64,000 nt of DNA from an uncultured Verrucomicrobiota bacterium. GTDB lineage: Bacteria; Verrucomicrobiota; Verrucomicrobiia; Limisphaerales; AAA164-E04. Of the stretch, positions 56,251-64,000 are shown piece after piece (within the stretch, counting starts at the first letter, position 1; every line of letters starts with the position of its first letter). Below the pieces are notes generated by a model. It ran no database searches and was not told the DNA's origin. It worked only from the letters and a program-made list of their open reading frames with translations. Location of the stretch: the NCBI GenBank assembly GCA_913061285.1, contig CAJXVR010000002.1:2350-66349 (forward strand), given 5' to 3'. A program made the translations under genes and the position numbers.

Positions 56251-57237
56251 CTATTTAGTGATCGCAATAGTCCCGCCGCGGGACGCGTCTGTTTCAGAAA
56301 AATCACCCTGCCCGAACAACTCTCGGATATACTTCCCTAAGGTCTCGTTCGTCGGCCCATAGCCCTCGTGATAAATATAATGCTCCAAATCATAGAGGAG
56401 CTGGTCGGCCTTTTCATAACGATCCTCAATCTTCCTCGAAAGTGCTTTATGGAGAATATCATTCAAACGGGAATCGATTTCTGAGTTTAAGGTTCGAAAA
56501 TCAGGGATCGGCATTTCGAGAACTCGCTTTATCGACTCATCGGTCGTCACTCCCTTAAACACGTTTTGCCCCACAAGTAGATGGGAAAGAACAACTCCAA
56601 CCGAGAAAATATCTGAACGCTCATCGGTCACCTGAAAATTCGCCTGCTCCGGACTCATGTAGTCAGCTTTACCAGCCACCACTTCGCCTTCTTGATCAGT
56701 CAAGAATCCCTTGGCTTTAGCGATTCCAAAGTCCGTCAGCTTCACATCGCCTTCAAACGCAACCATGACATTCTTGAAGCTAACATCACGATGAACGATA
56801 CCAAGACGCCTCCCATCACGATCACACTTGGCGTGAGCGTAGGCGAGCCCACGTACGATACGACTCGTGATAAAGACAGCCAACTTGGGAGATAGGACCT
56901 TACGCTTCGAGTTCAACTGAGAAGCAAATTGCTCCAAGTTCACCCCGTTAATCAGCTCCATGGCAATGAAGTAAGTCCCTCGCGATTCGCCCAAATGGTA
57001 GGTCTGCACGATATTGGTGTGAATCAGATCCGCAACGAGCTTCGCCTCTCCAATGAAGTTCTGCAGGAACAGTTTTTGGCTAGCGAATTTTTCACGAATA
57101 ACCTTGAGCGCCACACGCTTGACGAAGCCCTCAGATCCAAGCTGCTCGGCCTCATATACCATTCCCATGCCACCTTCGGTAATCTTCCGTACGACGACGT
57201 AATTAAACGCAGAATCTATATTAAACAATCCAGGCAC
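56251..57237 (-). CDS. soluble Ser/Thr protein kinase (kinase domain only, atypical catalytic loop)
   Basis: GGMGMVY, VALKV, HRDVSFKNV, DFGIAK, SPEQ. No TM segment or additional domain. Confidence 0.85.
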   Translation of the reverse strand: MPGLFNIDSAFNYVVVRKITEGGMGMVYEAEQLGSEGFVKRVALKVIREKFASQKLFLQNFIGEAKLVADLIHTNIVQTYHLGESRGTYFIAMELINGVNLEQFASQLNSKRKVLSPKLAVFITSRIVRGLAYAHAKCDRDGRRLGIVHRDVSFKNVMVAFEGDVKLTDFGIAKAKGFLTDQEGEVVAGKADYMSPEQANFQVTDERSDIFSVGVVLSHLLVGQNVFKGVTTDESIKRVLEMPIPDFRTLNSEIDSRLNDILHKALSRKIEDRYEKADQLLYDLEHYIYHEGYGPTNETLGKYIRELFGQGDFSETDASRGGTIAITK

Positions 57238-57425
57238 AATTTGAGATGGTGAAAGAAAAGCGGTTCAAGTCAAGCCCTCCGTCTAACCTTTCGAAGGGTG
57301 AAGCCCATAGAAAACCAACAAAAAAGCCACATTTTTGCTTGCTTGCGAAAATTTATTCGTGATTAATTCGCAAATTCGGAAGCAGTACGGACCGGATTTA
57401 CAGGATCCTGAATCTAGAGAAAGTT

Positions 57426-57728
57426 ATGGCAGCAAAAACAACGAAACCACTTACGAAGTCTCAGATCGCCACTGAAATCGCTGAAGCAACGGGCATCACG
57501 AAGAAGACGGCGGTTGAAGTCCTCGACTACCTAGCCCAGCTAGCCTACAAGCAAGCGAAGAACTCGTTCACCGTTCCTGGCATCGGAAAACTCGTCCTCG
57601 TCGCTCGCAAAGCGCGAACTGGCCGTAACCCACAAACCGGTGAAACGATCAAGATCGCCGCCAAGAAAGTTGTCAAATTCCGCGTGGCTAAAGCTTGTAA
57701 GGATGCCATCTTGCCACCAAAAAAGTAA
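57426..57728 (+). CDS. hup: HU/IHF-family DNA-binding protein
   Basis: LTKSQIA..IAE..G..KK.A...L......Y......F..PGIGK.....ARKAR.GRNP.TGE.I.I...K.VKF. Confidence 0.9.
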   Translation: MAAKTTKPLTKSQIATEIAEATGITKKTAVEVLDYLAQLAYKQAKNSFTVPGIGKLVLVARKARTGRNPQTGETIKIAAKKVVKFRVAKACKDAILPPKK

Positions 57729-57754
57729 TCACTTAGCCATTTGAGCTAGCAAAG

Positions 57755-57782
57755 GCACTCTGTTTTCAGAGTGCTTTTTTTG
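57755..57782 (+). terminator. rho-independent terminator after the HU gene
   Basis: gcactctg-tttt-cagagtgc followed by a T-run, 27 bp after the stop codon. Confidence 0.85.
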
Positions 57783-57809
57783 TCGAGAACCCAACCTGCG
57801 CAACAAGAT

Positions 57810-58790
57810 ATGAAGATCGCCATCGTAGGGTGCGGCGCCCTAGGGAGTTACTACGGAGGCAAACTCCACCAGGCAAATCACCAAGTCCACTTCATTCTTC
57901 GAAGCGACTTCGACTACGTCAAGCGACACGGGATAACGATCACCAGTCCCCAGGGCGATTTTAAGTTTCGCCCACGCATCGCCTTGGATCCAACGACGAT
58001 CGGGCCCTGTGATCTCGTTATCATCAGCCTAAAGACCACGGCAAACAGCAAAATCGAAGCACTTGTCAAACCACTCACCACAGACAAGACGATGGTCATC
58101 AGCCTCCAAAATGGTCTCGGCAATACCGAACTCCTCTCCTCATTTCTACCGATCGAACAAGTAATAGGAGGGCTCTGTTTTATTTGCGTCAATCGTAGCG
58201 CGCCAGGAATGATTCGCCATCTCGATCACGGACAGATCACCATTGGAGAAGCCCGGGGCTGGCCAGAACCCCGCACCCATGAACTAGCGAGCAGTTTTCA
58301 AAACGCAGGGATCCCCTGTAAGGTCACCGACACACTAAGAAAAGCCCAGTGGGAAAAGCTCGTTTGGAATATCCCTTTCAATGGACTCGGTGTCACTGGC
58401 CGTTTCGGCTTTGATTTTTTTCACTCTCGGGAGAATGTCCTACCGAAACAACACTCAGCTCCATTGTCTACCGAAGCGCTACTCACAGATCATCGTTGGT
58501 TAGAAACAGTCTCGAAACTCATGCATGAAATCATCGAGGTCGCCAACGAGCTAGGGCACCCCATTAAACACGCTCTCGCGGATCGCATGATTCTAAATAC
58601 GCGTTCAATGAAAGACTATCACCCTTCAACTGTGATCGATTTTGAACTTGGACGTCCTCTCGAATTCGAAAGCATGTTCGCGATCCCGCTCGCAGAGGCG
58701 GCGACAACCAACATTTCAACTCCTATATTCAAACGCGTCTGTCAGATTCTACAACATTTAGACGATCGCAGGCCGCCCCAGCACAATTAA
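57810..58790 (+). CDS. panE: 2-dehydropantoate 2-reductase
   Basis: Start trimmed to MKIAIVGCGALGSYYGGKL (ATG 57810); the track start lies inside the terminator. ApbA/PanE N- and C-domains (K..W.N...N). Confidence 0.85.
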   Translation: MKIAIVGCGALGSYYGGKLHQANHQVHFILRSDFDYVKRHGITITSPQGDFKFRPRIALDPTTIGPCDLVIISLKTTANSKIEALVKPLTTDKTMVISLQNGLGNTELLSSFLPIEQVIGGLCFICVNRSAPGMIRHLDHGQITIGEARGWPEPRTHELASSFQNAGIPCKVTDTLRKAQWEKLVWNIPFNGLGVTGRFGFDFFHSRENVLPKQHSAPLSTEALLTDHRWLETVSKLMHEIIEVANELGHPIKHALADRMILNTRSMKDYHPSTVIDFELGRPLEFESMFAIPLAEAATTNISTPIFKRVCQILQHLDDRRPPQHN

Positions 58791-58794
58791 ATCT

Positions 58795-60183
58795 ATGGAC
58801 GACCAAAAACCCAATTCCCAAGCGCCCGTTAGAACTCGGTTTGCTCCAAGCCCAACCGGCTACCTGCATATCGGTGGCGCACGAACAGCTCTTTTCAATT
58901 GGCTCTACGCCCGACATTCTAACGGGCAATTCGTCCTTCGTATTGAAGACACGGACGAAGCCCGAAACACGCAAGCGTCTGTCGATATTATTTTAGAAGG
59001 ACTTCGGTGGTTAGGACTCGACTGGGACGAAGGGCCATCCAGTGGAGATAGAAGCGACCCTTGCCTCGGAAGTAAAGGGCCGTATTATCAGTCACAACGC
59101 TCTGAGATTTATCAATCTTACGTCGAACGACTCCTAGAGAAAGACCTCGCCTACAAGAAAGAGGGCGCCATTCGTTTTCGAATGCCACGCACTCCAATCA
59201 CGATTCCTGATCTAATCGTCGGTGATGTCATCCGCAAACTCACTGATCGCGAAGAACAGGAGCCTGACTTCGTCATTGTTCGTGCCGACGGCAAGCCAGT
59301 ATTTCACCTCGTCAACGTCATCGACGATCTCGAAATGGGCATCACACATGTCATTCGAGGAGAAGACCATCTTAGCAATACCTCCAAACACCTTGCACTC
59401 TTTCAGGCTCTGGAGAAAACACCACCGCACTATGCTCATATCCCGCTCATTCTAAACACCAATGGCTCAAAAATGAGCAAACGAGATGCGGGCGCTTCGA
59501 TCGGAACGTATATCGAAGAACGCTACCTACCCGAGGCGGTCGTCAACTACCTTTGCCTCCTCGGCTGGTCCCCTAAGGATGACACCGAGTTGATGGCTCT
59601 CAATCAAGTCGTCAAGCTCTTCGATCTCCCGCAAATCCTGAGACACAATGCGAAGTTTGATATGGAAAAACTTCAATGGATGAACGGCGAGTATCTTGGT
59701 AACCTTGAGCCTAGTCGCTATCAATCGCTCGCAACACAAACGTTTCAATCCGCAGGCTTCTCTACCGACAATTACTCCGAGAGCTACGTTCGTGAGGCCA
59801 TTGCGACCACTCAAGGAAAGACCCGCGTCCTTGCTGATATCACAGACTACGCAGGATTCTACTTCAAGAAAGACGACGCCATTGAATACGAACCAGATGC
59901 AGCAGCAAAATTTCTCGTTTCGGAAAATCTAGAAAGCACGGTAAGGTTGCGGAACGCCTTCGCCTCCCTAGCCACGTTCGACGCCGACACCGTTCAAAGC
60001 ACGTTCAAACAAACAGCCACGGACCTCGGGGTCAAAGTCCGAGCCCTCGTTCACCCTGTCAGAATTGCCTGCACAGGCACGACCGCTGGCCCAAGCCTCT
60101 ACCACCTCATCGCGATACTCGGGAAAGAAACAGTCCTAAAAAGAATCGATCTCGTCATCGAAACCATCAAAGGCAAGCAATGA
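58795..60183 (+). CDS. gltX: glutamyl-tRNA synthetase
   Basis: RTRFAPSPTGYLHIGGARTALFNW (HIGH), KMSKR. Confidence 0.95.
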   Translation: MDDQKPNSQAPVRTRFAPSPTGYLHIGGARTALFNWLYARHSNGQFVLRIEDTDEARNTQASVDIILEGLRWLGLDWDEGPSSGDRSDPCLGSKGPYYQSQRSEIYQSYVERLLEKDLAYKKEGAIRFRMPRTPITIPDLIVGDVIRKLTDREEQEPDFVIVRADGKPVFHLVNVIDDLEMGITHVIRGEDHLSNTSKHLALFQALEKTPPHYAHIPLILNTNGSKMSKRDAGASIGTYIEERYLPEAVVNYLCLLGWSPKDDTELMALNQVVKLFDLPQILRHNAKFDMEKLQWMNGEYLGNLEPSRYQSLATQTFQSAGFSTDNYSESYVREAIATTQGKTRVLADITDYAGFYFKKDDAIEYEPDAAAKFLVSENLESTVRLRNAFASLATFDADTVQSTFKQTATDLGVKVRALVHPVRIACTGTTAGPSLYHLIAILGKETVLKRIDLVIETIKGKQ

Positions 60184-60539
60184 GTCTGAAGATTTACCAG
60201 TATGCCAAGTGTTCGACCTGTCGGAAGGCACTTCAATTCCTCGAAGCCCACTCGATTGAGCACACGGCAATACCGATCAGGGAGCAGCCCCCGTCAAAAA
60301 CGGAACTCAAAATGATGTTAGAGGCGTATGACGGGGAGATAAAAAAACTCTTCAACACCTCGGGCATGGACTATCGAGCGCTAGGAATCAAAGACCAATT
60401 ACCCTCAATGAGCAATGCGCAGGCCATTGAACTTCTTTCCGGGAACGGCAATCTCATCAAGCGCCCCTTCGTAGTATCTAAATCCCGAATGCTGGTTGGG
60501 TTCAAGGAAGACGTCTGGAGCCAGGCCTTCGAGGTCTGA
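60180..60539 (+). CDS. ArsC/Spx/YffB-family thioredoxin-fold protein
   Basis: IYQYAKCSTCRKA...LIKRPFVV; ATGA overlap with gltX. Confidence 0.85.
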   Translation: MSLKIYQYAKCSTCRKALQFLEAHSIEHTAIPIREQPPSKTELKMMLEAYDGEIKKLFNTSGMDYRALGIKDQLPSMSNAQAIELLSGNGNLIKRPFVVSKSRMLVGFKEDVWSQAFEV

Positions 60540-60570
60540 TTTCGCCAGGAGAACTATCGCGAGAAAGAAA

Positions 60571-60600
60571 AGCGTCAGCCCGCTAAGGCAGGCTGACGCT
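60571..60600. terminator. hairpin between convergent genes (probable bidirectional terminator)
   Basis: Perfect 10-bp stem agcgtcagcc / ggctgacgct with a 10-nt loop, between the ArsC-family stop (60539) and the htrA stop (60623). Confidence 0.7.
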
Positions 60601-60622
60601 ATCTCTTGGAGTGGCTGGGAGG

Positions 60623-62140
60623 CTAGTTGCCACGATCCTTGAGAAACTCAAAACGAGGGATTCCTGATGGATCAATCAGGTTTATCAGAACACCCTTTTC
60701 TATATCGACTTTCGCCCAGGCTTCAACCACGTCAGCAAGTGAGCTGACTGGAATTGAATTGATAGCCGTAACCAATACCCCGGGATTCAACAAGCGCGAG
60801 CGACTTGCCAAGCTATCACGCTCGATTTCTGAGATGACAACGCCATCAGTCCGATCAAGATCAAAGAGCGCGATCATCTCGTCATCAACAGACCGAAACC
60901 GCATTCCGCTCACAGAGGGGCCGCGTCTCTGTTTCTTCTTTGAAATCTTCGGAACAACGTTTCGCGAGGGCCACTCGGCGGGCGCTACTGAAAACTCCAA
61001 TCGCTGATCCATACGGACGACTGACAGTTTCACCGGCTCCCCAATCGACTTCGATCGCACCTGATTTTTGAGCTGCTGAGCCGTTGCAACTGGCACTCCC
61101 TCGACGGCCACAACCACATCGGCTGGCTGAAGCCCGGAATCTGCAGCCGGCCCCGTGGGATCGATCGATGAAACGATCACGCCTTGGCTTACAGCTGGAA
61201 GAAACCGATTAAAATCATCGTTCTCCACGAGCGTTTCAATCCCGACTCCAAGCCGAGCTCGAGTAAATTTCCCAGACTCGATAATCTGCTCAGAAATCTC
61301 CCGGGCCATGTTGATCGGAATGGCGAATCCGATACCGGTATTCATTCCACGAATCAAAGTATTAATCCCGATAACTTCTCCATAGATATTGACCAAGGGC
61401 CCCCCACTGTTTCCGGGATTAATGTCAGCATCCGTCTGAATGAAATCCTGGTCGGATTCAACCGTTCTTAAAACCCCGGAGCGCCCTTTAGCACTGACGT
61501 GACCAAAGGTCACACTGTAATCCAACTCAAACGGCGCTCCGATCGCAATCGCAAACTGTCCGACATTGACTTTGTCACTATCGCCAAGTGTTGCCTTAGG
61601 AAAGGACTGAGTCGCAACTCCCGGTTCAATCTTGATCACGGCAACGTCCGATTGCGGATCCTGTCCCTGAACACTGGCCGAAAAACTTTGTCCGTTCTGC
61701 AGTCGGACGCGAATGAGAGAAGCCCCCTCGATCACATGATAATTTGTCAGGACAAATCCATCATCACTAATAACAACGCCCGACCCTTTCCCATCAAACA
61801 CGTCTTCTTCGGGGTCAACGTCTTCCTCCGGGTTTGCGTCCTCTTGTTGTTTTTTCAAGTAATCCTCGAACTGACGCTTCATCTCATCGGGAAGGCTGTC
61901 AAACCATTCGCCTTGAAGCCGGTCGGCAGCGGCCGCTTGGTCCCCTTTCCGATGCGCCACTTCAATGACAACCACCGAGGAAGAAACGGTATCCGCCACT
62001 CGAACAAAGGCAGCGTCCAATTCTCTCACAAGAGAAAAGGCATCCTTCTGCCCCTCGTGAGGTTTCTGAGCCAATGCAACGCTGACAGCCAGAAAGAGAC
62101 ATCCCACAAACCTGATTAACAATGATGACCGAGAAATCAT
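60623..62140 (-). CDS. htrA: HtrA/DegP/DegQ-family periplasmic serine protease with two PDZ domains
   Basis: Signal peptide. TNYHV (His), D.A..K (Asp), GNSGGPLVN (Ser). Confidence 0.9.
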   Translation of the reverse strand: MISRSSLLIRFVGCLFLAVSVALAQKPHEGQKDAFSLVRELDAAFVRVADTVSSSVVVIEVAHRKGDQAAAADRLQGEWFDSLPDEMKRQFEDYLKKQQEDANPEEDVDPEEDVFDGKGSGVVISDDGFVLTNYHVIEGASLIRVRLQNGQSFSASVQGQDPQSDVAVIKIEPGVATQSFPKATLGDSDKVNVGQFAIAIGAPFELDYSVTFGHVSAKGRSGVLRTVESDQDFIQTDADINPGNSGGPLVNIYGEVIGINTLIRGMNTGIGFAIPINMAREISEQIIESGKFTRARLGVGIETLVENDDFNRFLPAVSQGVIVSSIDPTGPAADSGLQPADVVVAVEGVPVATAQQLKNQVRSKSIGEPVKLSVVRMDQRLEFSVAPAEWPSRNVVPKISKKKQRRGPSVSGMRFRSVDDEMIALFDLDRTDGVVISEIERDSLASRSRLLNPGVLVTAINSIPVSSLADVVEAWAKVDIEKGVLINLIDPSGIPRFEFLKDRGN

Positions 62141-62303
62141 GCCTTCAATTACAACATAGCCATTGGAACCTTACCACCCGCAAAACGTTCAAAACGATCC
62201 TCCAGCCCCAAAAAGACGGCAGTTTAGCGAAACCAATTTCCCCGTGGGATTGACTTATGTGAAACACAGCCATTAACCTCTCTGTAGCCCAAGGCTTCTG
62301 TTC

Positions 62304-63032
62304 ATGCTAGAGATCATCGAAAAACTTCTCGTGCTCCAAGATCGCGACCGGCAGGTAATCCACCATCAGACTCAATTGAGTCGGATTGGACCCGAGCGGA
62401 CCGCGCTTCTCGGGCAAGCCAAAGGTACTCAGGAAGCCCTTGAAGCGGCAAAACAGCAGGCAAAGTCCATCGAATCAGCCCGCAAAGAGTTGGAGTTACA
62501 GGCTGAAAGCAAGGTCGAGCAGATCAATAAATACTCTTCTCAGCAACTTCAGACCAAGAAGAACGAGGAATACCGTGCCTTAGCGAACGAGATCAAGAAC
62601 TGCAAACGCGCAATCTCGGACCTAGAAGATCAACAGCTGGCGCTACTCGACGAAATTGACGCAGCCCAGGCGGCAGTGAAGACTGCGGAAGGAGAAGCAG
62701 AGGCTGCGAAGAATTTAGCCAAGGAAAATGTCGCCGAACTTGACAAACGAGAAGAGGTGCTGAAACGAGATCTCGAGAGACTCATCGCCGAGCGAACGGA
62801 GCTCAGCAAGGGCATCGACCCACCCACACTTTCCCGATACGAACGACTATTGAAATATAAGGGCGAAAACAGCATCGTCGGAGTAGATCGAGGCATTTGC
62901 GCCGGCTGTCATGTCGCGCTCCCCGTCCAGATCATGATCAGTTGCCAGGCTCAGAGGGAAGTGGTGAATTGCTCCAATTGCGGGCGAATCGTTTACTTCG
63001 GAGACGGTATGCGGCGAGAAAGCGACGACTGA
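62304..63032 (+). CDS. coiled-coil protein with C-terminal C4 zinc ribbon (COG1579/DUF164-like)
   Basis: Long heptad-rich region, then CAGCH....CSNCGRI. Confidence 0.8.
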   Translation: MLEIIEKLLVLQDRDRQVIHHQTQLSRIGPERTALLGQAKGTQEALEAAKQQAKSIESARKELELQAESKVEQINKYSSQQLQTKKNEEYRALANEIKNCKRAISDLEDQQLALLDEIDAAQAAVKTAEGEAEAAKNLAKENVAELDKREEVLKRDLERLIAERTELSKGIDPPTLSRYERLLKYKGENSIVGVDRGICAGCHVALPVQIMISCQAQREVVNCSNCGRIVYFGDGMRRESDD

Positions 63033-63092
63033 CATCGATTCCCCGTCCCAGGGCCCCGGACAGGAAGCCCCCCCCAAAAAAAGACTCCTTTC

Positions 63093-63923
63093 ATGAAGGC
63101 AATGAAATCGTCAACTGAGTGCCGATCCAGTTCCTGGAACTGGATTCGGTGTTGCGCCTCACTCCTACTCCTCGCCACGCTCTCTGCGTGCAGCACCGTA
63201 CCAGAAACGGGGCGCCGCCAACTCATTCTCCTCTCACAAGCGGAGGAAATGCAGATGGGCTTCAGCAGCTTTGAGCAGATGAAGAAGGATGTCCCGATTA
63301 GCAAGGACAAGAAACTCAATCAGCAATTACAACGGGTCGGCAAGCGAATTGCCGCAGTCGCCCCGCTCAAAGATGCCAAATGGGAATTCGTCTTGTTCGA
63401 TAGCCCTGAGGCAAATGCATTTTGTCTCCCAGGCGGAAAAGTGGGGATTTACACCGGAATCCTCCCCATAACAAAGGATGACGGCGGCTTAGCAACGGTC
63501 ATTGGTCATGAAGTGGCGCACGCCGTGGCACGGCACGGCGGCGAACGCGTATCCCAATCTTTGCTCCTTCAGGCAGGAGGCACGGCCCTGGGGGCGGCCG
63601 TTTCAGGATATGACCCTAAGGTTCAGTCAGCTGCCACTCAGATCTATGGGCTCGGCGCCCAACTCGGCTACGCTCTCCCACACTCACGACACCAAGAAAG
63701 CGAAGCGGATCACATCGGCATTCTCTATATGGCTGATGCTGGTTACAATCCCGAGCATTCCATCGCATTTTGGCAGCGCTTTGGCGCCCACAATCAACAG
63801 GCAGGCGGCGGGACGCCATGGTTCTTAAGAACGCATCCATTGGATGACACACGAGTAAAAAACCTCAGAAAGTGGCTCCCGGAAGCACAGGCACGTTACA
63901 GAAAACAAGCCCAAAGACGCTAA
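63093..63923 (+). CDS. M48-family zinc metallopeptidase lipoprotein
   Basis: Lipobox LSAC. HEVAHAVARH (HExxH) and downstream E.EAD. Confidence 0.9.
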   Translation: MKAMKSSTECRSSSWNWIRCCASLLLLATLSACSTVPETGRRQLILLSQAEEMQMGFSSFEQMKKDVPISKDKKLNQQLQRVGKRIAAVAPLKDAKWEFVLFDSPEANAFCLPGGKVGIYTGILPITKDDGGLATVIGHEVAHAVARHGGERVSQSLLLQAGGTALGAAVSGYDPKVQSAATQIYGLGAQLGYALPHSRHQESEADHIGILYMADAGYNPEHSIAFWQRFGAHNQQAGGGTPWFLRTHPLDDTRVKNLRKWLPEAQARYRKQAQRR

Positions 63924-64000
63924 GTCTCGACCAGCCGAATAAGACCCAACCGGTCGAACCCCAAAAACCTCCCTAAACGCCTGTGGCAAATATCGCGCAA

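Noticed and set aside
63920-64000. Open minus-strand frame entering from the right edge (...LRDICHRRLGRFLGFDRLGLIRLVET*), ending 4 nt inside the M48 gene
   Set aside because: Only 27 codons are visible and no family is recognisable. A real convergent gene may end here, but the window does not support a call.
1-64000. Search for tRNA, rRNA, CRISPR repeats, transposase, integrase or phage genes, and classical defence-system genes
   Set aside because: I saw no T-loop (GGTTCGAATCC-like) motif in non-coding sequence, no regularly spaced short repeats, and no ORF with DDE, tyrosine-recombinase, reverse-transcriptase or large ATPase/nuclease features. The only repeats found are the 2 x 47 bp tandem unit and short palindromes.

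Overview
The window reads as an ordinary chromosomal segment from a PVC-type bacterium (Verrucomicrobiota- or Planctomycetota-like). The gene content points that way: two formylglycine-type sulfatases, FG-GAP/ASPIC-UnbV giants, ECF sigma factors of the kinase-associated type, SMP-30 lactonases, an azurin-like fusion protein and a type II glutamine synthetase. GC looks moderate but I did not compute it. I support about 55 protein-coding genes. I found no rRNA, tRNA, CRISPR array, transposase, integrase or phage gene.

Layout:
- 1-1900: a visibly A+T-richer patch with three unassignable minus-strand ORFs, including a Cys-rich secreted protein and an ORF that runs off the window edge.
- 1900-2940 and 9240-9690: two scar regions made of gene fragments (Ser/Thr kinase pieces, an ECF sigma with an in-frame TGA, an S9 peptidase tail) plus a 2 x 47 bp tandem repeat.
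- 3010-9237: a glycoside hydrolase, a cytochrome-c fusion protein, and a divergently transcribed OmpR/histidine-kinase pair.
- 10413-16439 (minus): FAS1 protein, ECF sigma, anti-sigma, S9 peptidase, glycosylasparaginase.
- 16737-22669 (minus): lactonase, sulfatase, and napD-napA with an unusual four-heme double NapB.
- 23158-27976: glnII with a sigma-54-like promoter, a translationally coupled mini-kinase/PP2C pair, DUF465, lgt, rluD.
- 28038-37954 (minus): azurin-like fusion, beta-propeller, TAT-lactonase and two FG-GAP/ASPIC proteins.
- 38348-64000: mostly housekeeping (sulfatase, DHOD-like, amidohydrolase, rpsP-KH-trmD-rplS, cysHCDN, trpF, miaB, GT9, gluQ, aguB, a kinase, HU, panE, gltX, htrA, M48).

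No canonical defence or mobile system is visible. The best candidates for something undescribed are:
- the tandem-repeat periplasmic protein fused to cytochrome c and paired with a two-component system;
- the nap operon with a duplicated NapB and no NapC/NapGH nearby;
- the 141-aa minimal kinase coupled to PP2C;
- the A+T-rich ORF trio with a G7 tract at an ORF junction.

All functional calls rest on motif and family recognition by eye. No database search was run.
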